In this document: piece after piece, positions 1 through 10,538 of the stretch | Layout of the letters: every line of letters begins with the position of its first letter | How positions within the stretch are numbered: the first letter of the stretch is position 1 | Assembly: GCA_964035575.1 (NCBI GenBank) | Contig: OZ037844.1 | Coordinates: 1,736,001 to 1,791,587, forward strand | Length of the DNA: 55,587 bases | Direction of reading: 5' to 3' | DNA from: Rhynchopus sp. YZ270_cl-10 | Lineage: Eukaryota | The notes under the pieces: model-generated | The model's input: only the letters and a program-made list of their open reading frames with translations | Databases searched by the model: none | What the model was told of the DNA's origin: nothing | Made by a program: the position numbers and the translations under genes

Positions 1-2
1 TG

Positions 3-246
3 GTGTTTGAGGCCTTTGGCGGAGCTGGGGACGAGGCGAATTTGCTGTTAGCTCAGCTGGGTGGTCTGGCAAAAGATGTGTCTTCCCGTCTGGTGGGGTC
101 GGCTGAGACGCGTATCCGCGAGCGGGTAGCTATTCGCTATCAGAAAGAAGTCGGTGCCTCTTTCCTGCGTAGGGGGGCTTTGTGCTTGGGGATTTCGACC
201 ATTGGTTCCCACAAGGAAAGCGGAACCCCGGAAGAGACGGACCCAC
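3..246 (+). mobile_element. 3' end (5'-partial) of a putative RLE-type non-LTR retrotransposon ORF (CRE/SLACS/MoTeR-like endonuclease tail)
   Basis: Translation VFEAFGGAGDEANLLLAQL...RIRERVAIRYQKEVGASFL resembles the tail after the RLE PD-(D/E)xK core (F-E-x-x-G-x-x-G-x-x-A-x-x-L-L ... S/A-I-x-x-Q). There is no stop before the repeat; the frame continues into AAACCCGC to a TAA in a GT variant at 390-392. Catalytic core and RT would lie outside the window. Confidence 0.5.
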
Positions 247-1167
247 AAACCCGCAAACCCGCAAACCCGCAAACCCGCAAACCCGCAAACCCGCAAACCC
301 GCAAACCCGTAAACCCGCAAACCCGCAAACCCGCAAACCCGCAAACCCGCAAACCCGCAAACCCGCAAACCCGCAAACCCGCAAACCCGTAAACCCGCAA
401 ACCCGCAAACCCGCAAACCCGCAAACCCGCAAACCCGCAAACCCGCAAACCCGCAAACCCGCAAACCCGCAAACCCGCAAACCCGCAAACCCGCAAACCC
501 GCAAACCCGCAAACCCGCAAACCCGCAAACCCGCAAACCCGCAAACCCGTAAACCCGCAAACCCGCAAACCCGCAAACCCGCAAACCCGCAAACCCGCAA
601 ACCCGCAAACCCGCAAACCCGCAAACCCGCAAACCCGCAAACCCGCAAACCCGCAAACCCGCAAACCCGCAAACCCGCAAACCCGCAAACCCGCAAACCC
701 GCAAACCCGCAAACCCGCAAACCCGCAAACCCGCAAACCCGCAAACCCGCAAACCCGCAAACCCGCAAACCCGCAAACCCGCAAACCCGCAAACCCGTAA
801 ACCCGCAAACCCGCAAACCCGCAAACCCGCAAACCCGCAAACCCGCAAACCCGCAAACCCGCAAACCCGCAAACCCGCAAACCCGCAAACCCGCAAACCC
901 GCAAACCCGCAAACCCGCAAACCCGCAAACCCGCAAACCCGCAAACCCGCAAACCCGCAAACCCGCAAACCCGCAAACCCGCAAACCCGCAAACCCGCAA
1001 ACCCGCAAACCCGCAAACCCGCAAACCCGCAAACCCGCAAACCCGCAAACCCGCAAACCCGCAAACCCGCAAACCCGCAAACCCGCAAACCCGCAAACCC
1101 GCAAACCCGCAAACCCGCAAACCCGCAAACCCGCAAACCCGCAAACCCGCAAACCCGCAAACCCGCA
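247..1167. repeat. (AAACCCGC)n tandem repeat, ~115 units, putative telomeric-type repeat (TTTGCGGG on minus strand)
   Basis: Directly visible 8-bp period with occasional AAACCCGT variants. Confidence 0.97.
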
Positions 1168-1377
1168 CTAGAAGAAAGCTCGCTAAAATGTAGGAGGCTG
1201 GTGTGGTTGTGAACAGAATTTTTTTTTTATTGTATGAAGGTTTTGCATTTTTACAAATGTGAAAGCCGAAAAAATTGAATAGAAAAATGAATTGAACTTG
1301 GCTCACCCCTCATTTCTCTTTTCATAGCATTTGTGTACTCACACACCAAAAACAGGTGAACTATTTCTCAAGAAACT

Positions 1378-1942
1378 ATGAACACCATGAAGATTAAGCG
1401 GAAGCCAGTGCCCTTTGTGCAGAAGAAAGATGCACCAAGCATGTTGCCGGTGTTCAATGTGCAGGATCAAGCTCCTCATGAGAGTGAGGAATTGCCACCA
1501 ATTCCAGTGTGCTCCCAGAAGAAGGAGACAGTACTAACGAAGGTACAGGAGCAAGGCGTTAAAACAGAGGAGCAAACTCAGAAGGAATCTGTGCTTCCGT
1601 CAGAACAGGCCGCAGCATTGGAAATTCCTGTTTCTGCAGAAAGCTTTTCCTCAGTGACTGAAGAGCTGAAAGAGGTGAAACAGACTGTCTCAGATCTCAA
1701 GAAACAGCTGAACGAAGTGTTCCTTCTGTGTCAGGACATGAAAAAGGTATGTATCAACTTTTCAAGTATCACTTTCAACAACTGAAACTCAACAGGAGCT
1801 AGACAGAAAGAGAAAGCGCGAAGCAGCAGAAGACGAAAAAATGGAAAAGATGTGTTATGCTCACGAATGCTCTAGTACTTGGAGGGGAAGGGAATTTCAA
1901 CACAAAGGTGCTCTTTTCCAGCACAATAAAGCACATCATTAG
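1378..1942 (+). CDS. Two-exon ~171-aa protein with an acidic/coiled-coil N-terminal part and a C-terminal C2H2-like zinc finger
   Basis: Exon 1378-1746, intron 1747-1795 (GTATGT...AACAG, 49 nt), exon 1796-1942. Spliced tail ELDRKRKREAAEDEKMEKMCYAHECSSTWRGREFQHKGALFQHNKAHH* has C-x4-C...F-x5-L-x2-H-x3-H and a basic NLS-like run. Confidence 0.75.
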
Positions 1943-2268
1943 AGAATAATTTATTTTTTTTTTCGTTTGGGGGTATTTCTTATCGCAGAGAATGTGCAAA
2001 TTACTTCTTCCTGCGCAAAAATATGGGTTCCCCTTTTTTATATGCACATGCAGATTGGTTTTAATTTTGTCAAAATTTTCAAGATCATTTTTTAATTATT
2101 TTTTTTTGAAAACTTAGTTGTGAGACTTTTTTATTTTCCTTCTTGAAAACGCAAAACTTTCTCCCACCCACCATTTTATATTTTCTACAATACAATTTCT
2201 AGCAATTTATCACAACTATTCAAAACTCACATAACAGTGGTCTGGGTACTTTACTTTTTGCAAAAAAA

Positions 2269-3258
2269 ATGAAAAGACAACGAAGCGAGGAAAGATCTGA
2301 TGATGGGCACACTAAGAAGAAGGCTAATACAAAGACAACAGAAGCTGAAGAGGGAAACACTTCCCCAAAACGAAAGAGAGATGATGAGGGATTTATGTGC
2401 GACCATTGTGGCTCATACTTTACACATGAAAAGCAGAGCAAGAATCACAAACAGACAAAGAAGTGCAAAGAAACTTGCCCAAAGTGCCGAGTGAGGTTTC
2501 CGTCTAAGAATGCTAGATACAAACACCAAAAGACCTGTGCAGGAGAATGTCAGACAGCCCCACCCCAGAAGAAACCCAAGATGGAAGCTGATAAAAAAAA
2601 TAACCGTTTTACATGTTCGCAATGTGATGCTTCGTACAAAAATGTATGGAAACTAAATGAGCACCTTGAAAAATGTGTGAAGGTGTGCATATTGTGTAGA
2701 CGGGAGTGTGAAGAAAACCATATGTGCTTAGGGAAGATCTGCTGTCAGCACTGTGGTGAAGAGTTTGATGATGTGAAAAACCTTACTGCACATGAGGCTA
2801 CATGCAAAACACAATGCCAGTATTGCTATTATCAATTTACAGATATGAGATCACTCCAAAATCATACACCATTCTGCATCCGGTTCAGAGTTCTGAACGG
2901 AAAGTCCCGCTATAAGTCCGACATATTTCTCCAAGCAGATGAGGCTACATTAGCACTTCCGCACCACAAAACGAATTCTTCTACACCTGCAGAGTCCGCT
3001 TTAATTGCAGCTGCATTGTGTTTGACAGCAGCAGAATTGCCAAGAGCTCTTCACATGGACGGCAGCCCATTATCCTCCTGGACGTTTCATACAGCAGAAA
3101 TGTTTCGCGTTTCTGGGCAGAAGACTTCTGCACGACCTCACTATGCCACACAGCAGAATCTGATAAAGTTCCAAATTGTTCTGCTGTGGTGTCATAAGAA
3201 TGTGCAGAAGAAGGCGCTCACTTTGGCCGGTGAGAGTATTGTCATGCCACAAAAATAA
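2269..3258 (+). CDS. 329-aa multi-zinc-finger protein (about five C2HC variants of the classical finger) with a basic N-terminus
   Basis: Repeated C-x2-C-x3-F/Y-x8-H-x3/5-C motifs: CDHCGSYF..HKQTKKC, CPKCRVRF..HQKTC, CSQCDASY..HLEKC, CQHCGEEF..HEATC, CQYCYYQF..HTPFC. A-rich context before the ATG. Confidence 0.85.
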   Translation: MKRQRSEERSDDGHTKKKANTKTTEAEEGNTSPKRKRDDEGFMCDHCGSYFTHEKQSKNHKQTKKCKETCPKCRVRFPSKNARYKHQKTCAGECQTAPPQKKPKMEADKKNNRFTCSQCDASYKNVWKLNEHLEKCVKVCILCRRECEENHMCLGKICCQHCGEEFDDVKNLTAHEATCKTQCQYCYYQFTDMRSLQNHTPFCIRFRVLNGKSRYKSDIFLQADEATLALPHHKTNSSTPAESALIAAALCLTAAELPRALHMDGSPLSSWTFHTAEMFRVSGQKTSARPHYATQQNLIKFQIVLLWCHKNVQKKALTLAGESIVMPQK

Positions 3259-3384
3259 AGATCAAAAAAAGAAAAAAAGGGAAAACAGAATATTTCTGTA
3301 GTAAAAACGCACAAAAGAATCGATCCACCTAGTTTTCCAGTTGTAAATTACTTACCAATCAACCCAACTGTCCTACAGGAACTT

Positions 3385-4061
3385 ACACAAAAACCAAAAA
3401 ACATGTAAAAACTGATACATGCATTTTAGGTCAAAAATACCCATTTCTCAGCGCAAATTGACCCCATCACTGCACGCACAGACTCCGGAGAGCCAAAATC
3501 AAAATTTTTTTTTTTCGATTTTTTGTAGGCAAAAATTGGTGGGAAAATTTTTTTTGGTCAAAAATCCTGGTTTTTGGGTCTCATACATGTGTATGACCAA
3601 ATTTCAGGTGGTCAAAAGTGGAGTCTGACCCCCATGTCCAGGTTATGGAAATGTCCTATGAAGCCATTGCCGAAGGAATTTTGTACTTTTGAGCATCAGA
3701 AATTAGGTACTGACCAAAAAACCCACACAAAACCCAAAAACACCAAAAATCATGTAAAAACTGATACATGCATTTTAGGTCAAAAATACCCATTTCTCAG
3801 CGCAAATTGACCCCACCACAGCACGCACAGACTCCGGAGAGCCAAAATCAAAAATTTTTTTTTTCGATTTTTTGTAGGCAAAAATTGCTGGGAAATTTTT
3901 TTTGGTCAAAAATCCTGGTTTTTGGGTCTCATACATGTGTATGACCAAATTTTAGGTGGTCAAAAGTGGAGTCTGACCCCCATGTCCAGGTTATGGAAAT
4001 GTCCTATGAAGCCATTCCCGAAGGAATTTTGTACTTTTGAGCATCAGAAATTAGGTACTGA
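3385..4061. repeat. ~348-bp direct tandem duplication (2 copies, plus a degenerate partial third near 4130-4230)
   Basis: catgtaaaaactgatacatgc at 3402 and 3751; near-identical spurious ORFs at 3574 and 3922; tctgacccccatgtccagg recurs a third time near 4163. Confidence 0.9.
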
Positions 4062-4669
4062 AAAATTTTTCCACACAAATTTGACCTGGTACTCAAGGTC
4101 AATTTGACCTTGGGTTTTCTCTCAGGGTCTTGTGACCAATTTTAATCATGTTAAAAATGGAATCTGACCCCCATGTCCAGGTCATAAAAATGCCCAATGA
4201 GTCATTTAAAGCCACTGATTTGACCTTTTGAGCAGTTGTAGTTATATGTGGCCCAATTTTCCCAGCCAGAAAATGACCCCAAAAATCACGAAAAAAAATA
4301 TTTTAAAGCCGATACTCTTACACACCTAAATTTGGCCCTAAGTGTCAAAAGTGGGCCTCCAGGGTCGCAATAGCCTCATTTTATGGGGATACTGGCCATA
4401 TTCATGGTTATCTCGTTTTTGAAATATTTATAACATATACACCCAGTACCTCAGAAACACAAAATATCGCAATTTTACTCACAAAAATAGCCGTGAAATG
4501 CCGCACACATTTTAGATATTCCCAGATCCTGGGGACTGAGGCCCCCGGTCGGGGCTGTCGTTTCTGGGCCCCATACTACTGGAGTATCATATCAGAATCA
4601 CTCGGAAGTAGCAAACCGCCATGAAAGATGAGATGCCAAAAGCAAGCCCTCTATTCCGTAATAACTAGA

Positions 4670-5387
4670 AACCCCCGCAAACCCCCGCAAACCCGCAAAC
4701 CCGCAAACCCGCAAACCCGCAAACCCGCAAACCCGCAAACCCGCAAACCGCAAACCCGCAAACCCGCAAACCCGCAAACCCGCAAACCCGCAAACCCGCA
4801 ACCCGCAAACCCGCAAACCCGCAAACCCGCAAACCCGCAAACCCGCAAACCCGCAACCCGCAAACCCGTAAACCGCAAACCCGCAAACCCGCAAACCCGC
4901 AAACCCGTAAACCCGCAAACCGCAAACCCGCAAACCGCAAACCCGCAAACCCGCAAACCCGCAAACCCGCAAACCCGCAAACCCGCAAACCCGCAAACCC
5001 GCAAACCCGCAACCCGCAAACCCGCAAACCCGCAAACCCGCAAACCCGCAAACCCGCAACCCGCAAACCCGCAAACCCGTAAACCCGCAAACCCGCAAAC
5101 CGCAAACCCGCAAACCCGCAAACCCGCAAACCCGCAAACCCGCAAACCCGCAAACCCGCAAACCCGCAAACCCGCAAACCCGCAAACCCGCAAACCCGCA
5201 AACCCGCAAACCCGCAAACCCGCAAACCCGCAAACCCGCAAACCCGCAAACCCGCAAACCCGCAAACCCGCAAACCCGCAAACCCGCAAACCCGCAAACC
5301 CGCAAACCCGCAAACCCGCAAACCCGCAAACCCGCAAACCCGCAAACCCGCAAACCCGCAAACCCGCAAACCCGCACAAACCCGCAA
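4670..5387. repeat. (AAACCCGC)n tract starting with two AAACCCCCGC variants, indel-rich, ending at the gap
   Basis: Directly visible. Confidence 0.95.
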
Positions 5388-5587
5388 NNNNNNNNNNNNN
5401 NNNNNNNNNNNNNNNNNNNNNNNNNNNNNNNNNNNNNNNNNNNNNNNNNNNNNNNNNNNNNNNNNNNNNNNNNNNNNNNNNNNNNNNNNNNNNNNNNNNN
5501 NNNNNNNNNNNNNNNNNNNNNNNNNNNNNNNNNNNNNNNNNNNNNNNNNNNNNNNNNNNNNNNNNNNNNNNNNNNNNNNNNNNNNNN
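5388..5587. other. Scaffold gap (200 N)
   Basis: Exactly 200 Ns; true distance and orientation across the gap are unknown. Confidence 0.99.
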
Positions 5588-6122
5588 GAGGCGGAGGCGG
5601 AGGCGGGGTCGGCTCATACGCCACCCCCCCTCCTGGGACAATCCTCAGTCCCAGCAGCAGCGAAGGAGACGGAGAAGACAACAGCGGTATGTAACTTTTA
5701 CCCCTTTTTATTACTTTTTCTTCGTATGTCATTTCAACACTCCGGATTCTCGGCTCATGATGCCTCCTTACAAGAGGCGCAAACTCTGCTTAGCCGCATG
5801 GGTCCGCTCCCACCGCAGCTCCGCATCCTTCACGCGTACCGGTCAGTCATGCACGCACATCCCACACGACGTCTTTCCTTCACCTATGTGAACGTCCACG
5901 AAGATGTTGGGTCTTCCTTGCTATCCTCCGCAGCAGCACGCTTCGCGCCTACTCCTCCGCCCGCACCATGGGAAGGGTGCCAGCATCAGTGTCACCTAGG
6001 TCCGTCATGAACAGGTCCCTCTCGGGCTTGTTTTTCTATTTCAGCCTGTTCACAGGCTTAACCTTGTTAGTTCCTCATTCTCTTTGTTTTTTTTTTATTT
6101 TTTGCAAATACGAAGTGTAACC

Positions 6123-6256
6123 CAGGTGAGGTGTGCACTGGCTGTGCATGCAGGAGGAGGAGTAAGAGGTGCTATGGTGTGCGGAACGCACAGGTGAGGT
6201 GTGCACTGACTGTGCATGCAGGAGGAGGAGTAAGAGGTGCTGTGGGGTGCGGAACG
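6123..6256. repeat. 68-bp direct duplication just outside the left palindrome arm (present in every unit)
   Basis: caggtgaggtgtgcactg...gtgcggaacg at 6123 and 6191. Confidence 0.9.
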
Positions 6257-6270
6257 TAGGGTATCGTGTT

Positions 6271-8692
6271 ACGTGCGCATGTAGTGTATGGTGATACATG
6301 CGCACGCTGTGTATAGTGTACTGTGCGCACGTAGTGTATAGTGATACGTGCGCACGTGGTGCGCACGCTGTGTATAGTGTTCCGTGCGCACGTAGTGAAG
6401 AGTTTACTGTGCGCACGTGGTGCGCACGCTGTGTAGAGTGTACTGTGCGCACGCTGTGAAGAGTGTACTGTGCGCACGTGGTGCGCACGCTGTGTATAGT
6501 GTACTGTGCGCACGTAGTGTATGGTGTACTGTGCGCACGTAGTGAAGAGTGAACTGTGCGCACGCTGTGTATGGTGTACTGTGCGCACGTAGTGAAGACT
6601 GAACTGTGCGCACGCTGTGAAGAGAGTACTGTGCGCACACTGTGTATGGTGTACTATGCGCACGTAGTGAAGACTGAACTGTGCGCACGCTGTGTATAGA
6701 GTACTGTGCGCACACTGTGTATAGTTTACTGTGCGCACGCTGTGTATGGTGTACTGTGCGCACGTAGTGAAGAGTGAACTGTGCGCACGCTGTGTATAGT
6801 TTACTGTGCGCACGCTGTGTATGGTGTACTATGCGCACGTAGTGAAGACTGAACTGTGCGCACGCTGTGTATAGAGTACTGTGCGCACACTGTGTATAGT
6901 TTACTGTGCGCACGCTGTGTATGGTGTACTGTGCGCACGTAGTGAAGAGTGAACTGTGCGCACGCTGTGTATAGCGTACTGTGCGCACACTGTGTATAGT
7001 TTACTGTGCGCACGCTGTGTATGGTGTACTATGCGCACGTAGTGAAGACTGAACTGTGCGCACGCTGTGTATAGAGTACTGTGCGCACACTGTGTATAGT
7101 TTACTGTGCGCACGCTGTGTATGGTGTACTGTGCGCACGTAGTGAAGAGTGAACTGTGCGCACGCTGTGTATAGCGTACTGTGCGCACACTGTGTATAGT
7201 TTACTGTGCGCACGCTGTGTATGGTGTACTGTGCGCACGCTGTGTATGGTGAACTGTGCGCACGTAGTGTATAGAGTACTGTGCGCACACTGTGTATAGT
7301 GTACTGTGCGCACGCTGTGTATGGTGAACTGTGCGCACGTAGTGAAGAGTGAACTGTGCGCACACTGTGTATGGTGTACTGTGCGCGCGTAATGTATAGA
7401 GTACAGTGCGCACGTGGTGCGCACGTATCACTACACTACGTGCGCACAGTACACTATACACAGTGTGCGCACAGTTCACTCTTCACTACGTGCGCACAGT
7501 TCACCATACACTACGTGCGCACAGTTCACCATACACAGCGTGCGCACAGTTCACTCTTCACTACGTGCGCACAGTTCACCATACACTACGTGCGCACAGT
7601 TCACCATACACAGCGTGCACACAGTTCACTCTTCACTACGTGCGCACAGTACACCATACACTACGTGCGCACAGTTCACCATACACAGCGTGCGCACAGT
7701 ACACTACACACAGTGTGCGCATAGTTCACTGTGTGCACAGTTCACTCTTCACTACGTGCGCACAGTACACCATACACTACGTGCGCACAGTTCACCGTAC
7801 ACAGCGTGCGCACAGTACACTACACACAGTGTGCGCACAGCTCACTCTTCACTACGTGCGCACAGTACACCATACACTACGTGCGCACAGTTCACCATAC
7901 ACAGCATGCGCACAGTACACATAACACAGCGTGCGCACAGTTCACTCTTCACTACGTGCGCACCACGTGCGCACGGAACACTAGACACAGCGTGCGCACC
8001 ACGTGCGCACAGTACTCTATGCACGACGTGCGCACGTATCACTAAACACTACGTGCGCACAGTAAACTCTTCACTACGTGCGCACAGAACACTATAGACA
8101 GCGTGCGCACCACGTGCGCACGTATCACTATACACTACGTGCGCACCACGTGCGCACAGTAAACTCTTCACTACGTGCGCACGGAACACTATACACAGCG
8201 TGCGCACCACGTGCGCACGTATCACTATACACTACGTGCGCACCACGTGCGCACAGTAAACTCTTCACTACGTGCGCACGGAACACTATACACAGCGTGC
8301 GCACCACGTGCGCACGTATCATTATACACTACGTGCGCACCACGTGCGCACGTATCACTATACACTACGTGCGCACCACGTGCGCACAGTAAACTCTTCA
8401 CTACGTGCGCACAGAACACTATACACAGCGTGCGCACCACGTGCGCACGTATCACTATACACTACGTGCGCACCACGTGCGCACAGTAAACTCTTCACTA
8501 CGTGCGCACAGAACACTATACACTACGTGCGCACCACGTGCGCACAGTAAACTCTTCACTACGTGCGCACGGAACACTGTACACAGCGTGCGCACCACGT
8601 GCGCACGTATCACTATACACTACGTGCGCACCACGTGCGCACAGTACACTATACACTACGTGCGCACGTAGCACTCCTCACTACATGCGCAT
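6271..8692. repeat. Giant imperfect palindrome of a 25-bp (and 36-bp variant) minisatellite with GTGCGCAC core, copy 1, centre ~7420
   Basis: Left arm units such as ctgtgcgcacgctgtgtatagtgta; right arm carries the reverse complements; outer ends gcgcatgtagtg / cactacatgcgc match. Confidence 0.95.
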
Positions 8693-8823
8693 GGAAGCGT
8701 TGATATATTATTCAAGTGACAATGTTCTAATTATAGGTTATACACATTCTATTATTTGATAAATATTACAGCAATACCATAATAATTGGTCTATACTCTA
8801 TGTACTACTAAACAACATTACAG

Positions 8824-10328
8824 GTGACCCCGTCATAGCGATACGGAAGGTGTACCGCACGCTGAACAAGAAGGTGGAATACTACGAGCAGCAAGGAGTA
8901 CTGCTCCGGCTAGTAGACGGAGTGCTGGCGGATCGGTCCACCGAGCGCAACAGGAAGAAGGGGGATCCGTACGAGGTATGAATATACACTAAGTACCACA
9001 TATATAATTCATACTACTTTTTACAGCGCGAGGAGTACGGACCCCAGGGGGAGCAGCCGCCGCCGAGCTGCCTGGAATTTGAGTTCCAGGCAGCACTCGA
9101 CCACTCCGAGAATGGAGTGGTCGAGGAGGCGTGGCGACCCCACCTCCAGCGTAGGCTGGAGCTGGCGTGCCGACCGGCACGACAGGCGAAGAGGGAGTAC
9201 GAGCTCCGTATGTCTTATTATACATTACCTATGCGTTTCCTCATATTTATATTATTCCCCCTTACTACAGCTCCCGAGGTCCGCAGCCTCGGATTTGGGA
9301 CGTACGTCCCAACCGCACAGGAGGAGAAGCAGCAGAGGGAAGACGCGAAACGCGTCGTCGCGAACGGTCGGAGGATCGTCGCGACCCTCATGCTGTCGTC
9401 AGAGCTGATCATCAGCGACGACAGCAAGGTATGTGCTCAAACCTCCCACCTTCTATATTACTATACCAAAACATCACAGATCCATTCACTGTTGACGGAC
9501 ACACTGAAACGCCCAGAGGACGAGGACACGCAGCGCGCGTCAGGGTCCGTGAGCGTGAGCGGACCGGGAGAGCCGCAGCCGCCCCCCGACAGCCACCCCC
9601 ACGCCGGGCCGTCCGAGCTGACGTTCCCCCACGCCACCATGTCGGTTCCGTGGGCCCGTCTCCGGACGGCCCTGTGGGTGGCAGGAGGGGTGCGGGGCCT
9701 CCCCGAGCTCGAGGCTGCGGTAGAGGCGGAAAAAAACAGAGAAAAAAAAGCAAAGAAAAGGAGGGGTAAACCCCAGGACCAGTTCCAGGCGTGGTCCGAG
9801 GGAAAGGACTCCCAGTCCCAGGAGTGGGACTGGGTGTATACGGAAACGAATAGGCCGGGAAGAAAAAGAAAAAGGGAAACAGGACAACCCAGGCGCGAGA
9901 ACACCACCACCTCGCCCTCCCCCTGCCTCCCACCCCAGATGTACGCACTGCCGTACGACACCCCCCCCAGCTCCGCACAAAATAGTGAAAAAAAAAGAAG
10001 GGTAGGATGTGATATAAAAAAAACAGAAACCAAAAAGGAAAGCGAAGAAGAAACCAAAAAAGAAAAAAAAGTAGAAACAAAAAAACAGACCAAAAGAGAG
10101 AGAGAAGAAGCCGCTGCTAAAAAGCAGTGGCTTGATGCCTACCAAAAAATGGGCACGGAGGAAAAAAAGCAGTGGTGCATGGAGTGCGGCTTTAATTGCT
10201 GCGCTTCATGCACCACTCTTGTGGCATGCCATAACAGCTGCCACAAGAGAATACCCTCCAAATGGAAACAACGAAAAGAAGGGCGTGCAGTGCACGCAAG
10301 CGCCAAAATCATGCATAAAGCGAGATAA
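8824..10328 (+). CDS. Unit gene A, copy 1 (spliced, 5' end uncertain): unknown protein with a Lys/Glu-rich region and a C-terminal Cys/His cluster (PHD/C1-like)
   Basis: GC-rich exons 8824-8975, 9027-9207, 9271-9428 and 9480-10328 are separated by AT-rich GTATG...ACAG introns (51, 63, 51 nt) that keep the frame. C-terminal motif CMECGFNCCASCTTLVACHNSCH. Confidence 0.75.
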
Positions 10329-10538
10329 GCACTATTTTTATATATTTTTGTTTTGTTTACTAAATTTTTATTTTTCAGACATGTCCCCCTAGATCACCTC
10401 CAGCCTCCCCCCTCTCTTCCAAATAATGTTTGAGCTAAATGAAATATAAAGAACCCCTATACCCTCCCCTTTTTACTTTAGTTTATCATCAGATACACTT
10501 TTTAATCCTCATCACATCCCATCAGACGTACACACACA

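Larger units (their letters stand above)
1168..4669. mobile_element. Putative 3.5-kb non-autonomous DNA element inserted in the AAACCCGC array; minus-strand termini read 5'-TC...CTAG-3' (Helitron-like)
   Basis: Left junction is aaacccgca|ctagaag and right junction is taactaga|aacccccgc. Removing the insert rebuilds an in-register repeat with no TSD. No Rep/helicase or transposase ORF is inside. Confidence 0.4.

Noticed and set aside
4740..5110. 7-bp variants (AAACCGC, AACCCGC) here and at 52760-55300 as biological variants
   Set aside because: Homopolymer indels concentrated near contig or window ends; likely low-coverage consensus error
5380..5595. Direct adjacency of the left repeat block and the macro-repeat array
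   Set aside because: They are separated by a scaffold gap, so the array's left junction and copy number cannot be seen
6271..8692. CRISPR-like array (constant palindromic core with variable intervening sequence)
   Set aside because: Intervening parts are ~15-nt variants of one sequence rather than unique spacers; no cas genes; spliceosomal-intron context
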